Program-made: the position numbers and the translations under genes
The notes under the pieces: model-generated
What the model saw: only the letters and a program-made list of their open reading frames with translations
Database searches by the model: none
What the model was told of the DNA's origin: nothing
NCBI GenBank assembly: GCA_051362555.1
Contig: CM120641.1
Coordinates: 41,360,401 to 41,424,400, forward strand
DNA from: Lingula anatina
Lineage: Eukaryota; Animalia; Brachiopoda
Direction: 5' to 3'
Length of the DNA stretch: 64,000 nt
In this document: positions 26,038 to 37,295 of the stretch, piece by piece
Layout of the letters: the number at the start of each line of letters is the position of its first letter
How positions within the stretch are numbered: the first letter of the stretch is position 1

Positions 26038-28170
26038 GCAATAAGATGCCAATGCCAACCCAATATCAAATCTTTGTCAAATTGGGAAAGATCTCGGGAG
26101 ATCAGAAGCATTTAGGAGTGTTAGAGACATTTTGACATTTCAGATAACAACAGCTTTGTCGTATTGATCAGTATTTTGGTTCATCGAGGTTTTCTTAGTT
26201 TTAAAGTCATTTTAAAGTTAATAATAATGATAACTTTGTCAAATTGATAAGTGTCTTGGATGACTGAAGTTAATGGATTGATGACTTTTTGTTTACGACT
26301 GTGACATCAACATCTGCTCATACTTAAAAGATCTGAATTTTGATGACTGATAAAGCATAAGTCTTCCATTTTAAACACATACTCAAATACATTGGCTCTC
26401 TGAAAAGAAGTTGCAATCTACTTTGGTTCTTATATGAAAGACATTACTTTCAGCTTTGTGGTTTTTTCTTGAAAGATGCTATATTTAACTTCATTGGTTC
26501 TTGAAAGATGTTATCTTAGATCTCATTGGCTCTTATTTGATAGAATTTTTTCCCATTTCTTTTTTTGATAGATGCTTAGTGGTTTATCACATGATGTGAT
26601 AAGCACCTGTGCATTATGTTAAAATGATTTGACTTACAATTTTTTATTTTACAAGTTTATATCCACCTTGCAGTAAATATATTAACATCTGAAATTGTAG
26701 TTATTAGTTTCTATAAATTACATGGTTTATTATGGACATCACCTGTAGTAGACAATCACTTAATCACTTATTTCTTGTGCAATGTTCAGGTAGGAATTTT
26801 TGTTATATTCTTGTCTGCAATCATCAGTTGTAAGATGTTAAGGTGCTAACACAACTTACCAATTATTTCTGCTGTGTATATTTTGATTGTAGTTCTTTTG
26901 AAATGTGTATGTTAGTACTTTCATTGTAGGGTTTATTTAATGCGTAGAGTATGGTTCAATCCTTTCAGGAAATATTTTACAAATGTGAAATTATAATGCA
27001 TAGGATAACATTAGAGATAATATAGAATTTGTTTGTATTGCAATTTGATGTTGTGGAATGGCATGAATTGAAAGGTGTATTACAGAATCTGCTTCCCAAA
27101 GACCCCAAAAATCATTTTATTCTTGAATTACTATTTTTAAATGTTAGTGGGTAAAATCTTTCACAGTTTTGATTCATGTTTTCTTGTTTGTTGAAAGGTC
27201 AACTTGTTGTATTGCATTTATTTTTTATATAGTTTATTACAGTGGGTATCTTGTTAACGTTGCAGTTGTTGTTTCAAGATCACATTTCATTCCCAAAGTG
27301 TCGTAGGACCATGTGTTTTACTTTAGAGCATGTTGCCTTTTGCTTTAATTTGGTACTGTATAATCTACATATTATATTTCACAGGGTTTCTGGGCGAATG
27401 AACCATTTGTTTATTATGTATGGACTTGTTTTATGTTCAGACAGAGTAGCGGCTGTACAATTTGCCATCGCCTGTCCCTGTCCATGTCACCGAAGTCCGG
27501 GCAGTGTAGGCAAATATGGAGCTTCTTGATGTCAATACATTGCATTTCGGAGTGGTGAAGTTCTCTCACTTAAATCTGATAGCAGAGATATAGATTCAGA
27601 AAACAAAGCACCATTTTCAATTTCAATTGTGTTCTCAAAGTTCAAATATTAACTGACTTCATTTTTTAGATGTATGCACACCCCTTTTGTTTTAGCTTTT
27701 AAAACATTGGTTTGGTAACAAAATTGAACAGCTGTGTAAATAGGTCGATTGCTTGGCTCACTCAGCTTAAGTCCCCAGAAAAAAAAGAGGGTGGGAGCAC
27801 TGGGAGGTCATGATTGCAAAACCGCAGGTAAAAGCTACGGCTTCACTGCCTAAAACAGTGTTTGTGTGCACTTGTGTTCGACTTCGGCAGCTGATTACCA
27901 TAACAAAAGTATCAAACAAAGACAAATGAAAACGTGCCTTTTAACTGCGTTATATTAACTGATAATTTTTTTTTTTTTTTTGCAAAACAATTTCCTGAAA
28001 TCGAATATTTGTAGTGTATCCTCGTTGATAAGGTTGAAAACAACTGAAATTTCAACATTATGGTATTTGCTTTTTTCGAAAAACTACGAAAAAGGCCGTT
28101 CACCAATATTAACCCTTGTAACGGAAATCGTTAGTGTGGTGTACAACTATGGTTAATCGCGGTGTAGAAC

Positions 28171-30608
28171 TCAGCCCAACAAAGGATCGCCGAAGCTCTT
28201 TGACACAACGCATGGTGTCCCCTCTCCGTAGGTGAAAACATTAATGGCTCCACATTTGGCGACGTGGTTGTTGACTCCGGAGAACTTTTTATGGTCGCCC
28301 CAGCATGTCGTCTGCTCTACACCTCTCTCCCACTCGCCGTTGTTTCCGTTCCAGCTGATGTAGTCGTTCTTTTCTCCGTGGACGACAAAGGCCTTAGACA
28401 GAAAACATGATCATTTAGAAAAAAAGTGAATCTCATGATGTTTTGATTTCTTTGTTTAAGGTATGAGGCAAGAAAAAAGAATTTTTCTAATTGACTCTAC
28501 GCAACAAAGGTCTGTTTGAGAAAACATTTTCTTGGTGTACAAAAAGGGTAGCATAACAAAATGATTTCTTTTCAACCAAAAGCGCATAAGAAATGAAACC
28601 CTGCCATAAAAAAAATCTATAGATGTCATATTACAACGTTCACATTTCAAAAATTCAAAATTAATCTTTTCGAAAATCTGAGTTAATTGATCATAACTTG
28701 TAGCTCTAAGGCATACAATGGGCGTAAAAGTATAAAGTCAAGGTTAATTTTTTGTGAAGTTTTCAAGTGAATCACCAAGGTATATTATATCTAAAACCGT
28801 TGAAAAAATTTTACTTAGTATATGGAAATCCGCTTTCAGCTGTAAATTTCGCTTTTTAGTCATTGTTGTGTTGGAGATTAAAACTGGTGACTTTTACTCA
28901 TGACGTTAAAAACGGAAACCTCGAACCCTAAAGCGGATAGAACGTCTTTTTCACTATAATTTTGGATAGGATATACTGGTATTAGTGATTACGAGAAAAT
29001 CGTTGGAAATTGCAGGAAAAATAGTTGTGTAGGTACATGATGGAGAAGCGTCCATTGTATGCGAATATGATTGATCTACCTTTAATTGGAACCAGCCATC
29101 GTCTGTCTTGTTACAGTCCATGTCAACGTCCATCATCCAGTAGTGTGGCCCCATAGTGTTTATCGGGGTGTAACCAGCGCCATCTTTCGTAACATTGACA
29201 GTTCCTTGACTAAATAAAACATAGCCGTCATTGTAAGCCTACGCAACAACAAGGCGGCTGAGTATGCGGGAAATTATTTTAACATTAGAATGAGTGCAAT
29301 TTCACATGGAATGTATTAGTAATACCGGTGTGTTTTGGGAGGTTCTGCCTGTAATAACATTTTCTCCCTTTCAAAAGTTGTTCACAAGTTATTTTCTAGC
29401 CTAGTAGAGCGTTAGGCTCTTCTAAGGTACCTTTCCTACGCAACAGTCTGGTAAGCTGTCTCTCAAAATATACTAGTGAAACTGCATCAGAAAAAAACAC
29501 AAAGCTCGATGTAAAATAGTTTTAACTCGTATCATGAAAGGAATTCTATCACAAGCAATCAGTTGTATCAATAAGCACGAACTGAGTATGTATTGTTTGA
29601 ATTTGGTGAGTTTTATATTATCAAATAATTATGATTAATTTTAAGCATTGATATAACTTGATTAAGTTTTAACGTATAAAATTGTTTATACAAGTTTCAA
29701 ACATTTTTCGAAGCCACGCTAACGTACACGCCATATGGTATGCAAATATCAGTGTACTTTGATCCTTTCTTCTCTTTCGAAATTTATACATAAACTGGGG
29801 TACATCCATGTTCATCAAATAAATATAAAATTCTAATTGACTGCTTGGCTGTATCTTTTCGTTTTTGGGCTTTGGGCAACAAAGTAGCGGGGTAAAACCC
29901 CAGTACCACCCCGACTGACCTCATTGAGATGGCAACCCAATTTCGAATTACACGAGTTCAAAAGCTGGAGCTGTTCTGGCATAAATCAAATACGCAATAC
30001 GCACTTGGAACTTACACATTGGTTGTCCACATCAAAGGCGTTCCTCCGGGCTTTTGGAAAGACTTAAAGTTCCACTGTCCATTTTCTTGAGCATCCCAGT
30101 CAAGATTATTATCCCCTTGCGACCAGTCGTAGTAGCGGCTATCACTGCCAATGGTGGGCTTCACCCGATGGCGGATTGGAATCGGACTGCCGTCATTTCG
30201 CCCTGAAAATTGAGCAGTTTTGAAATTTTGCCTCAATATCTTGACATTTATCATTACGTTAAGAAGAAAATGTGAATATAATTATTGGTGACAATTTTGC
30301 ATTGTTTGCGCCTGTTTTCCTCAAATTATTTTTCTTCAGAAATATAAATTGATCTGATCTGTCCTATTGTCTGTAACAACAAGATATCCATCACGTAAGA
30401 AGTAACTTTTAAACATATTTTAAATTGGATACATGGTGTTGAAATAATTGTCACTCCTTTCCTTACCTCCCCGTAAAAAGACATACTGAGATGGATATGA
30501 TTGTCGTTTGATGAAGACCACTGTTCGTTGAAAACCCGTGGAGGGTGCCAACTGACAAAAAGCTGTTTCGCAAAGAAATATGAGGAAACAAAACATAAGC
30601 ATTGTCAT
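28171..30608 (-). CDS. Secreted 226-aa protein consisting of a stand-alone alpha-amylase C-terminal (Pseudoalteromonas AHA propeptide-like) domain
   Basis: Exons 30608-30467, 30202-30016, 29209-29080 and 28392-28171 (681 nt, in frame, TGA stop). Signal peptide [18 protein letters not shown], then QRTVVFI...VFLRGG...PIPIRH...[15 protein letters not shown]...GTPLMWTTN...[34 protein letters not shown]...WE..V.Q..C...[12 protein letters not shown]. Confidence 0.82.
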
Positions 30609-31735
30609 CGTTCCAACGTATTTCCTCGTGCCTAAAACTGATCTCGTTGAACTTAGAAGATAGGGCTCACTTTGTGTTGAGGTTAACTGACAATAACTAA
30701 TTTCTTTCATAACACACATACTATATATTGTATGGTACAGTATGTTATAGACCTTGAATTATACCCGGGGGTCTAATTTGCTTTATCCCCCCCCCCCACC
30801 CACAACAGAATAACAGTATGATGTAGCGATTTAATGCGGCTGTAACCGTAACACTGAAGAGAAATAACTACAAGAAAAATAATTACAAATACATTGGGAG
30901 TGCGTGTGCTCGTGCGTGCTTGCATTTAATGCGTGTCGAAATTGCATGTCTGTGCATGCTTTAGTGACCCTCCCGGGACAGAGTAAAGATCTGTCACTCC
31001 ATCTGTTGATTTCACACTGATAGCACGAAAAAAGACAGATTTAGGTTTATCCCTTAAACACGATTATCGAATTACTCGTTCCTTAGTGAGGTCAGAATAC
31101 TAGATATTTTAAACGTAGCGCAGATATCTATATTGCCACGCCGCTTTAACATGGTATGTTCAGGGGCACGATGGCGGTTCTCGCGGGGGGGGGGATACTT
31201 TTCCTTCCTCCGAGCTTCGGATGCACCCCTTCCTTCCTCTCAACCTAATTGCATTTATATTTATGACCACAGCTTTTAATAAAATCCTGGATTCGCCATT
31301 GGGGTGTGGCCAATGTACAGGGTACAGTTACCTTACAACCTGTTACCTTTGAAACTACGACAGTAAAAGATAAATACTCCACATATCAGAACTGTGCTGA
31401 GAAAAATGATTTAATTTAGGAATCAGGTTTCAGAGATCAGGGAAGATATTCTTGAGTGTGGATCGCTTGTTTCTGTTGCTATTGATCGTGTCACGTAACA
31501 TTTCCATTGCACATAGTGCGTAAGGGAGTTTTTTTAGAAAAGTTTTGCCTCGTTTTATTCCTTTCGACAAGGATGCAAATTAGCAAGAAAGTGGAACTTT
31601 TTAATTGCCTTAATTCTTTTGACCCGTGAAACACAAGTCTGCGTTCACCCTAATTAAAGGACCATTTAGGTAACATGTTTTTATACAGCATGTAGTTGAT
31701 CTAGTCTGGTAAAGCACTCGTATAAAACAGGTGAA

Positions 31736-32313
31736 ATGGCTGTCCCTTTACAAGACTTTAGGGTGATAAAGATGCGCACTCTTTTTGTAGCATTCGACAA
31801 GGATGCCGACGGCGTTACCTTACTTCGTTCCTTAGCAAACGAGTTAAAGGACAGCCTGAAGGAGATAAAGACCGTTTCATTTGAGCACCTCCTTTTAGAA
31901 GTCTGGGAAGAATTCTGGAGCGGACCCAATAAGCTGTCTTTAACGTTTGATGAAATGTGCTCGCGTTATGCCAGGCTTTTAATCAACCTTGTTTACACAA
32001 TCTTATTACGGCGGAATTTTTGAAGTCAGTTTCGATGCCTTAGCCCCTGAAGAAGATCAACACTTAAGTTTACCTTCAATGGTTACGCGCTGCTTTTATG
32101 TGATTATGGCATGATTATGGCGTGATTATGGCGTCCTTCCTTCCTTCATGGACAAAATTCGCTGTTATGTCCAAGCTTCCTTTCAAGCCAAAGACACCAG
32201 CCGTGCTGGTTTAACCACCAGAGAGGATCGAGTTTGTAAATGCGGGAATGGAATTCTTCACTTGGACCGCTGATACACCGGCTAAGTTGTTCCTCGGACC
32301 TTTCTTGGGATAG
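31736..32313 (+). pseudogene. Frameshifted tandem duplicate of the sarcoplasmic calcium-binding protein gene
   Basis: High similarity to 33845-34381 from MAVPLQDF through LFLGPFLG*. It carries a deletion in EF-hand 1, frameshifts near 31980-32070 and 32225, a premature stop at 32021-32023, and an inserted (TGATTATGGC-like)x3 expansion at about 32101-32132. Confidence 0.88.
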
Positions 32314-32575
32314 AGGACAGATATTGAATCTGCCCTTGAAAAAATTATGGGATCAATTTGTATCATGTCAAATATTTTTCTCATTTGGCGTCATGTTTTG
32401 AAGGGCTGTACTCTCTTCCTACGTAGAAAAGACAAGGCGTTGCAATTTAACGTTCCCAGATTTGGTAATAGAATGGGAAATATAGAGACGAGAAAAAAGT
32501 AAATGATCCCAAAAAACCTAAATAATTATTTTTAACAATCATCCTTTTATTCTTATTATCTCTACATCCTATGAC

Positions 32576-32950
32576 TTAAATGCGCTGAGTATGAAATGCA
32601 ATATTTTTGGTTTCTGTAACATCTGCCGGTCTTCAATATTTTTGAGTTGTTTCAATATGATCGAAAGTAAACCAATTCAAAAGATCAAGAAGAAAAGGAA
32701 GTAACCGGAAACAACTTAACGTAGTAGACGCAGTTGTTAGTCCTTGGGCTGAATAATTCATTGTTAAACTTACCTTTTATAAGGAACTCGATTCACTGAA
32801 ACTTGCGAATACACGAAACTGTTGTTATAGCAACATCACCACGTAAACTACGTGAACGCTTTTGTGACGTAGAACCATTATTGTGTAACTGACGTTATGC
32901 TTCGTGTTGACATGCAACCAAGGCTTTAGCGTTTATTGTAAGTAGCATCT
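32576..32950. repeat. About 375-bp dispersed repeat, copy 1 (possible Kolobok-like MITE or part of the SCP duplication)
   Basis: Similar to 35471-35856. Shared blocks: TTAAA..CGCTG.GTATGAAATGCA, TCTGCCGGTCTTCAA, GCGAATACAC, ATAGCAAC.TCACCACGTAAACTACG.GA.CGCTT.TGTGACGTAGA.CCATT. Confidence 0.75.
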
Positions 32951-33844
32951 GTGCTGTGATTGTTTCACTTTGTGCACACATATAGATCTATAACATAACA
33001 TAAAGTCCGGACCGAATAAAAGTAGGGACGGAAATTGCTCAGTTGCAAAAAAATTAAAGTCAGAAGAAGTAGCCTATAGAAGACGATTAGGCCCTATCTA
33101 CCACTCAACCATCAAGATATAGAATGATATATTACCGATTCCTGTAGGCTAGGTCAAAAATGAACAAGCCGTGGCACTTCATTAATTCTCGCCAGAGGTA
33201 AAGTGCCACCTCAAAATTTCCAGAAATCTTTAGACTCAGTTATACAGTTAAGTGACAAGACAAATGCCACACTGGGTTCTATTAGACGCTAGCTCCAACG
33301 TTAACACAGCCCAAAATTCGCAAACGAAAGTGGAGATGGCATATTCAGATAACGTTTTTCTCGGTGGTTTCCACATCTTTTTACCCCCATAATACATAGG
33401 TGGGAGTTACAAACGTGTATTCTTTGAGAAAACCCAAAGGCCATAATTTGCCATAAAAGTAGGCCTACATGGGTAGCCTACTACCAGGGAGATATAGTGC
33501 CATTTATCAATTATTTTTGTTTCACAGTGTTTGCCACATTCTAATTCCCCATTTGAAAGATATTTGAAGGGTAATAATTAAGTTATATCATTCGGCATTT
33601 TGAAACAAACCCAAGACGACCGCCATTAAATATCTGCCGGGTGGCACAAATAAATAACGGAAATAGGGTATGGAGTGATGTCAGTATAAAGTGTCTTGCC
33701 TATATTTTTTGACCCGTGGATCTTTTTGTAACACATGACTGCGTTGACCCTCAAAGAATCATTGGGTAACTTGCTTTATATAGCCTACATATATAGCGTG
33801 CAGACAATCTAGTCTTATATAGGGCACTAACGGAACAGTTAAAA

Positions 33845-34381
33845 ATGGCTGTTCCTTTACAGGACTTTTGGGTGAGAAAGATGCGCTCTCTTTTTGTAAT
33901 ATTCGACAAGGATGCTGATGGTGTTGTGACCAAAAACGACTTTCTCGGTGCCGTGGAAGACGAGTTAAAGGACAGTATGAAGGAGATAAAGACAGGTTCA
34001 TTTGAGCACCTCCTTTTGAATGTCTGGGAAGAATTCTGGGGCGGACCCGATAAGCTAACCGTTACGTTTGATGAAATGTGCTCACGTTATGCCAGGCTTT
34101 TTAATGAACCTAATTTACGCAATCTTATGGCAGAATTCTTGAAGGTTTGTTTCGATGCCGTAGTCCCTGAAGAAGATCAGCACTTAACCTTGGATGGTTA
34201 CACATTGTTTTTGCGTAATTATGGCGTCCACCCCTTATCGGTCCCTCCTTCCTTCCAAGCCATTGACACCAACCATGATGGTTTAATCACCAGAGAAGAA
34301 TTTGTAAATGCAGGTATCGAATTTTTCACTTGCACTGCTGATACACCTGCTAAGTTGTTCATCGGACCCTTTTTGGGATAG
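33845..34381 (+). CDS. Sarcoplasmic calcium-binding protein (SCP, annelid/Nereis type; EF-hand), 178 aa, intronless CDS
   Basis: Intact ORF aligning with Nereis SCP landmarks: DFWVRKM, FDKDADGVVTKNDF, VWEEF, SFQAIDTNHDGLITREEFVNAGIEFF, KLFIGP. Confidence 0.9.
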   Translation: MAVPLQDFWVRKMRSLFVIFDKDADGVVTKNDFLGAVEDELKDSMKEIKTGSFEHLLLNVWEEFWGGPDKLTVTFDEMCSRYARLFNEPNLRNLMAEFLKVCFDAVVPEEDQHLTLDGYTLFLRNYGVHPLSVPPSFQAIDTNHDGLITREEFVNAGIEFFTCTADTPAKLFIGPFLG

Positions 34382-35470
34382 AAAAAATTGCCATAGAAGG
34401 AACGCCCTGTATGTCAAATATGCTGCTTAAACTTTTTTCCATTCTGCATCCATAAATCTATGATCCGCTTGATGAGAGAAGAAAGACAACTGTAAAAGTT
34501 ACTGAAAGTCATTGTGACATGCAAGTTGCCTTTCATTGTAACACAGAGATTGTCCTTCACTTTGACAGATTCCTAGACCTCTTCCTAGAACAGGTTTCTG
34601 ACTTCTCATCGAAGCTTTGTCACCAATACCAAATGACAGAAGAATTTGATTCAATCAAAACCTCAAACAAAACGCGTGGACCAATGGCAGATATTGACGT
34701 CTTGTGGGTGATTAAAAGGAAGTCCCTTATTTTCTCAACAGAAGACTTGCCTTGCGTGAACATTGTCACCATCAGCAGCCCAGAACGTATAGAGTCTGTA
34801 TTTATTACAGAAATCTGATATTGCTACCCTAGGTTCTAGATTCCGGTATTGCCAGCTCGATCTTGATTTCATATATAACCCATGGCATGTCGCAATGCCA
34901 GGGAAAGTGACTCCAAGGTATATTAAATATTAAACAAACTAACTTTCACGTTGCTCTGACACTCAGGGTAGATATTGCCAGATTTGAATTAATATAAGAC
35001 ACGCTGGCAGTAAAACATGGTGGACATTGCACAAAATGGAACAGAACATAGAATATTGGATTTAACGATGAAGAAAAAAAATAAATAAAATGGACCTTTA
35101 TTGAAATCGATGAGTAAAGCGTATTGTAGGCCTACAGGTTATAAGTAGTATTTTTGTTGTAAAATATTATTGCTCAAAAATTACATTTTATAGACTCATC
35201 ATTGTAAATGGTATTTAGCATTGCTTGTGTTGCGGTTATTAAAATACGCGAGGAGGTGAACCCTCCCATTTACCGCCGTGTTTTCGATTGTGTTATTATG
35301 AGTAATTAGCTATGTCCTTGAGATCTATAGATAATCTAATATAAAATATTGACTGATTTTGATGTCTTATGTTGATTATAGGATTCCACTCTGCCCCGTG
35401 TAAGAGATCAAAATGCAATTCGATGTGCTAAGATTAAAATTATATTTTAATTCTCTCTGCGTCGTAAGAC

Positions 35471-35856
35471 TTAAAGACGCTGCGTATGAAATGCACATTA
35501 CTAGTTTTGGCAATTTCTGCCGGTCTTCAACGTTGCGCACTTTTTGAACTGTTCAAATTCTCAAAAGTGTACAATTCATAAGAGTTAACGGGAAAAATAC
35601 ACGAGGTCACTTTACTTACCACAGTAAACACGGTTCTTGGTCCTTCGGTTAAATAATCCATTGATAACCTTAATTATTATTATCAGCTAGGAAGCCTAAC
35701 CAGATGGCAAGAACCTCGACCCACTGGCGAATACACAAAACAATTGCTATAGCAACGTCACCACGTAAACTACGAGAGCGCTTCTGTGACGTAGAGCCAT
35801 TGCCACGTAATAACGCTATGCTTTGGGCGAAGGTGCGTCCATTTTAAGCTGCATCT
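35471..35856. repeat. About 385-bp dispersed repeat, copy 2
   Basis: Homologous to 32576-32950. Starts TTAA|AGACGCTGC and ends GCTGCATCT, an imperfect inverted end. Confidence 0.75.
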
Positions 35857-36716
35857 TCTTTGTGTTTTGTTTGAATTTGAGCGAACACATTCCGTGATTG
35901 TGAATGTGATTTAAAGGCAGAGACAAATTGTATAACACTGCCGTGTTATAACATCACTGAACATCACATATGTAACAAACATGAATTACGGACATAATAA
36001 TAGAATCTGCGGCGGAAATTAGTCATTTGAAATGAAAAAATCATAATGAAAATAAAAAAAATGAAATAAAATGATATAAAAATAATGATAAGGCCCCTAA
36101 TGATAGAAAGAAAATTAAAAAAAAAATAGAAAAAGAATATTAGCTCTGTTTGATTTAGAGAGCCCCGCAGGTAAAAAAAACGGAAATAATGGAGTTACGC
36201 TATCACGCATTGTTCTACTTACGCACAACTCATTTTTGCTTTTGTTTTACCTGCAATTGATTTCCACGGTCTTTATTCATTCGTATGGCTAAACGTTTGT
36301 TAACATCACCTGCTACCGCCATATATTGATTTATTTGCCAGCTGTATACGAAAAGAGCTCTTAGTCGGTATGGCTTCTGTTGTTGCAGGGAGGCTGGAAT
36401 AATTTTAATCTTCTTTTTATTACGTAAATGAAAAACTAAATATGAAGATATAAGACTTGTTCTTGATCATGATTAAAAAATAAATAGCCCAAAAGGTACC
36501 AGATTTGAGGTGTTTGGGGTTTCACAATTGCCTTACATCTTATCTCCATAGACTACGTAATCTAGGTAATCTGAAACAACTTCGTCCGATTATTGCCGGT
36601 CAGCAAGATAAAGGAAACGATTACTATTTGCCCTACATTATCTCGGTATAACTCAGTTGCACACAAAACCCGCCGTGGAGAGATAAGTGCAATTTTGTAT
36701 AGGAACATGTACAGCT

Positions 36717-36998
36717 ATGCCTCTCCCGCTCCCTGATGATCTAGCCTCGCTTCATCCGGAGACGCAGGCCCTTCTCTTAGCCGAGGCGAAAAGCGATCAG
36801 ATAAGCTACGAGGACGCCGCTACAGTGGAAGAGGCACGTATTTTGGTCGAAGGGGATGACCCTCTTGACTCCGACGGCTACGTGTACGAGTTCAGGGGAG
36901 AAAGGTTGGAGTACACGGTACCCTCCACCCAAGGCGAAGGTAGACTCACATGACGGCTGTAATCACTTTATTTGTGAAGAATCGACCAGTTGTGTCAG

Positions 36999-37063
<65 letters not shown>

Positions 37064-37234
37064 AACATTATGTCTCTCTGTACGCGTCTTTATGTCCGAA
37101 TGTGTATTCCTGTGCACATATGCACTCTTGCAAAATTAATTCTCCACATTTTCACTGATTTTTTTAAAGTGTATTAAAGAAAAATTAACATTTTAGTTGG
37201 AGACAACTGTCTGCCTTAATTTCTCTTGCAAACT

Positions 37235-37295
<61 letters not shown>

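Noticed and set aside
31161-31300. Possible CAGGGGCGGATCCAG-type MITE remnant
   Set aside because: The ends are too degenerate (CAGGGGCACGATGGCGG... / ...CCTGGATTCGCCATTG) and no TSD could be defined.
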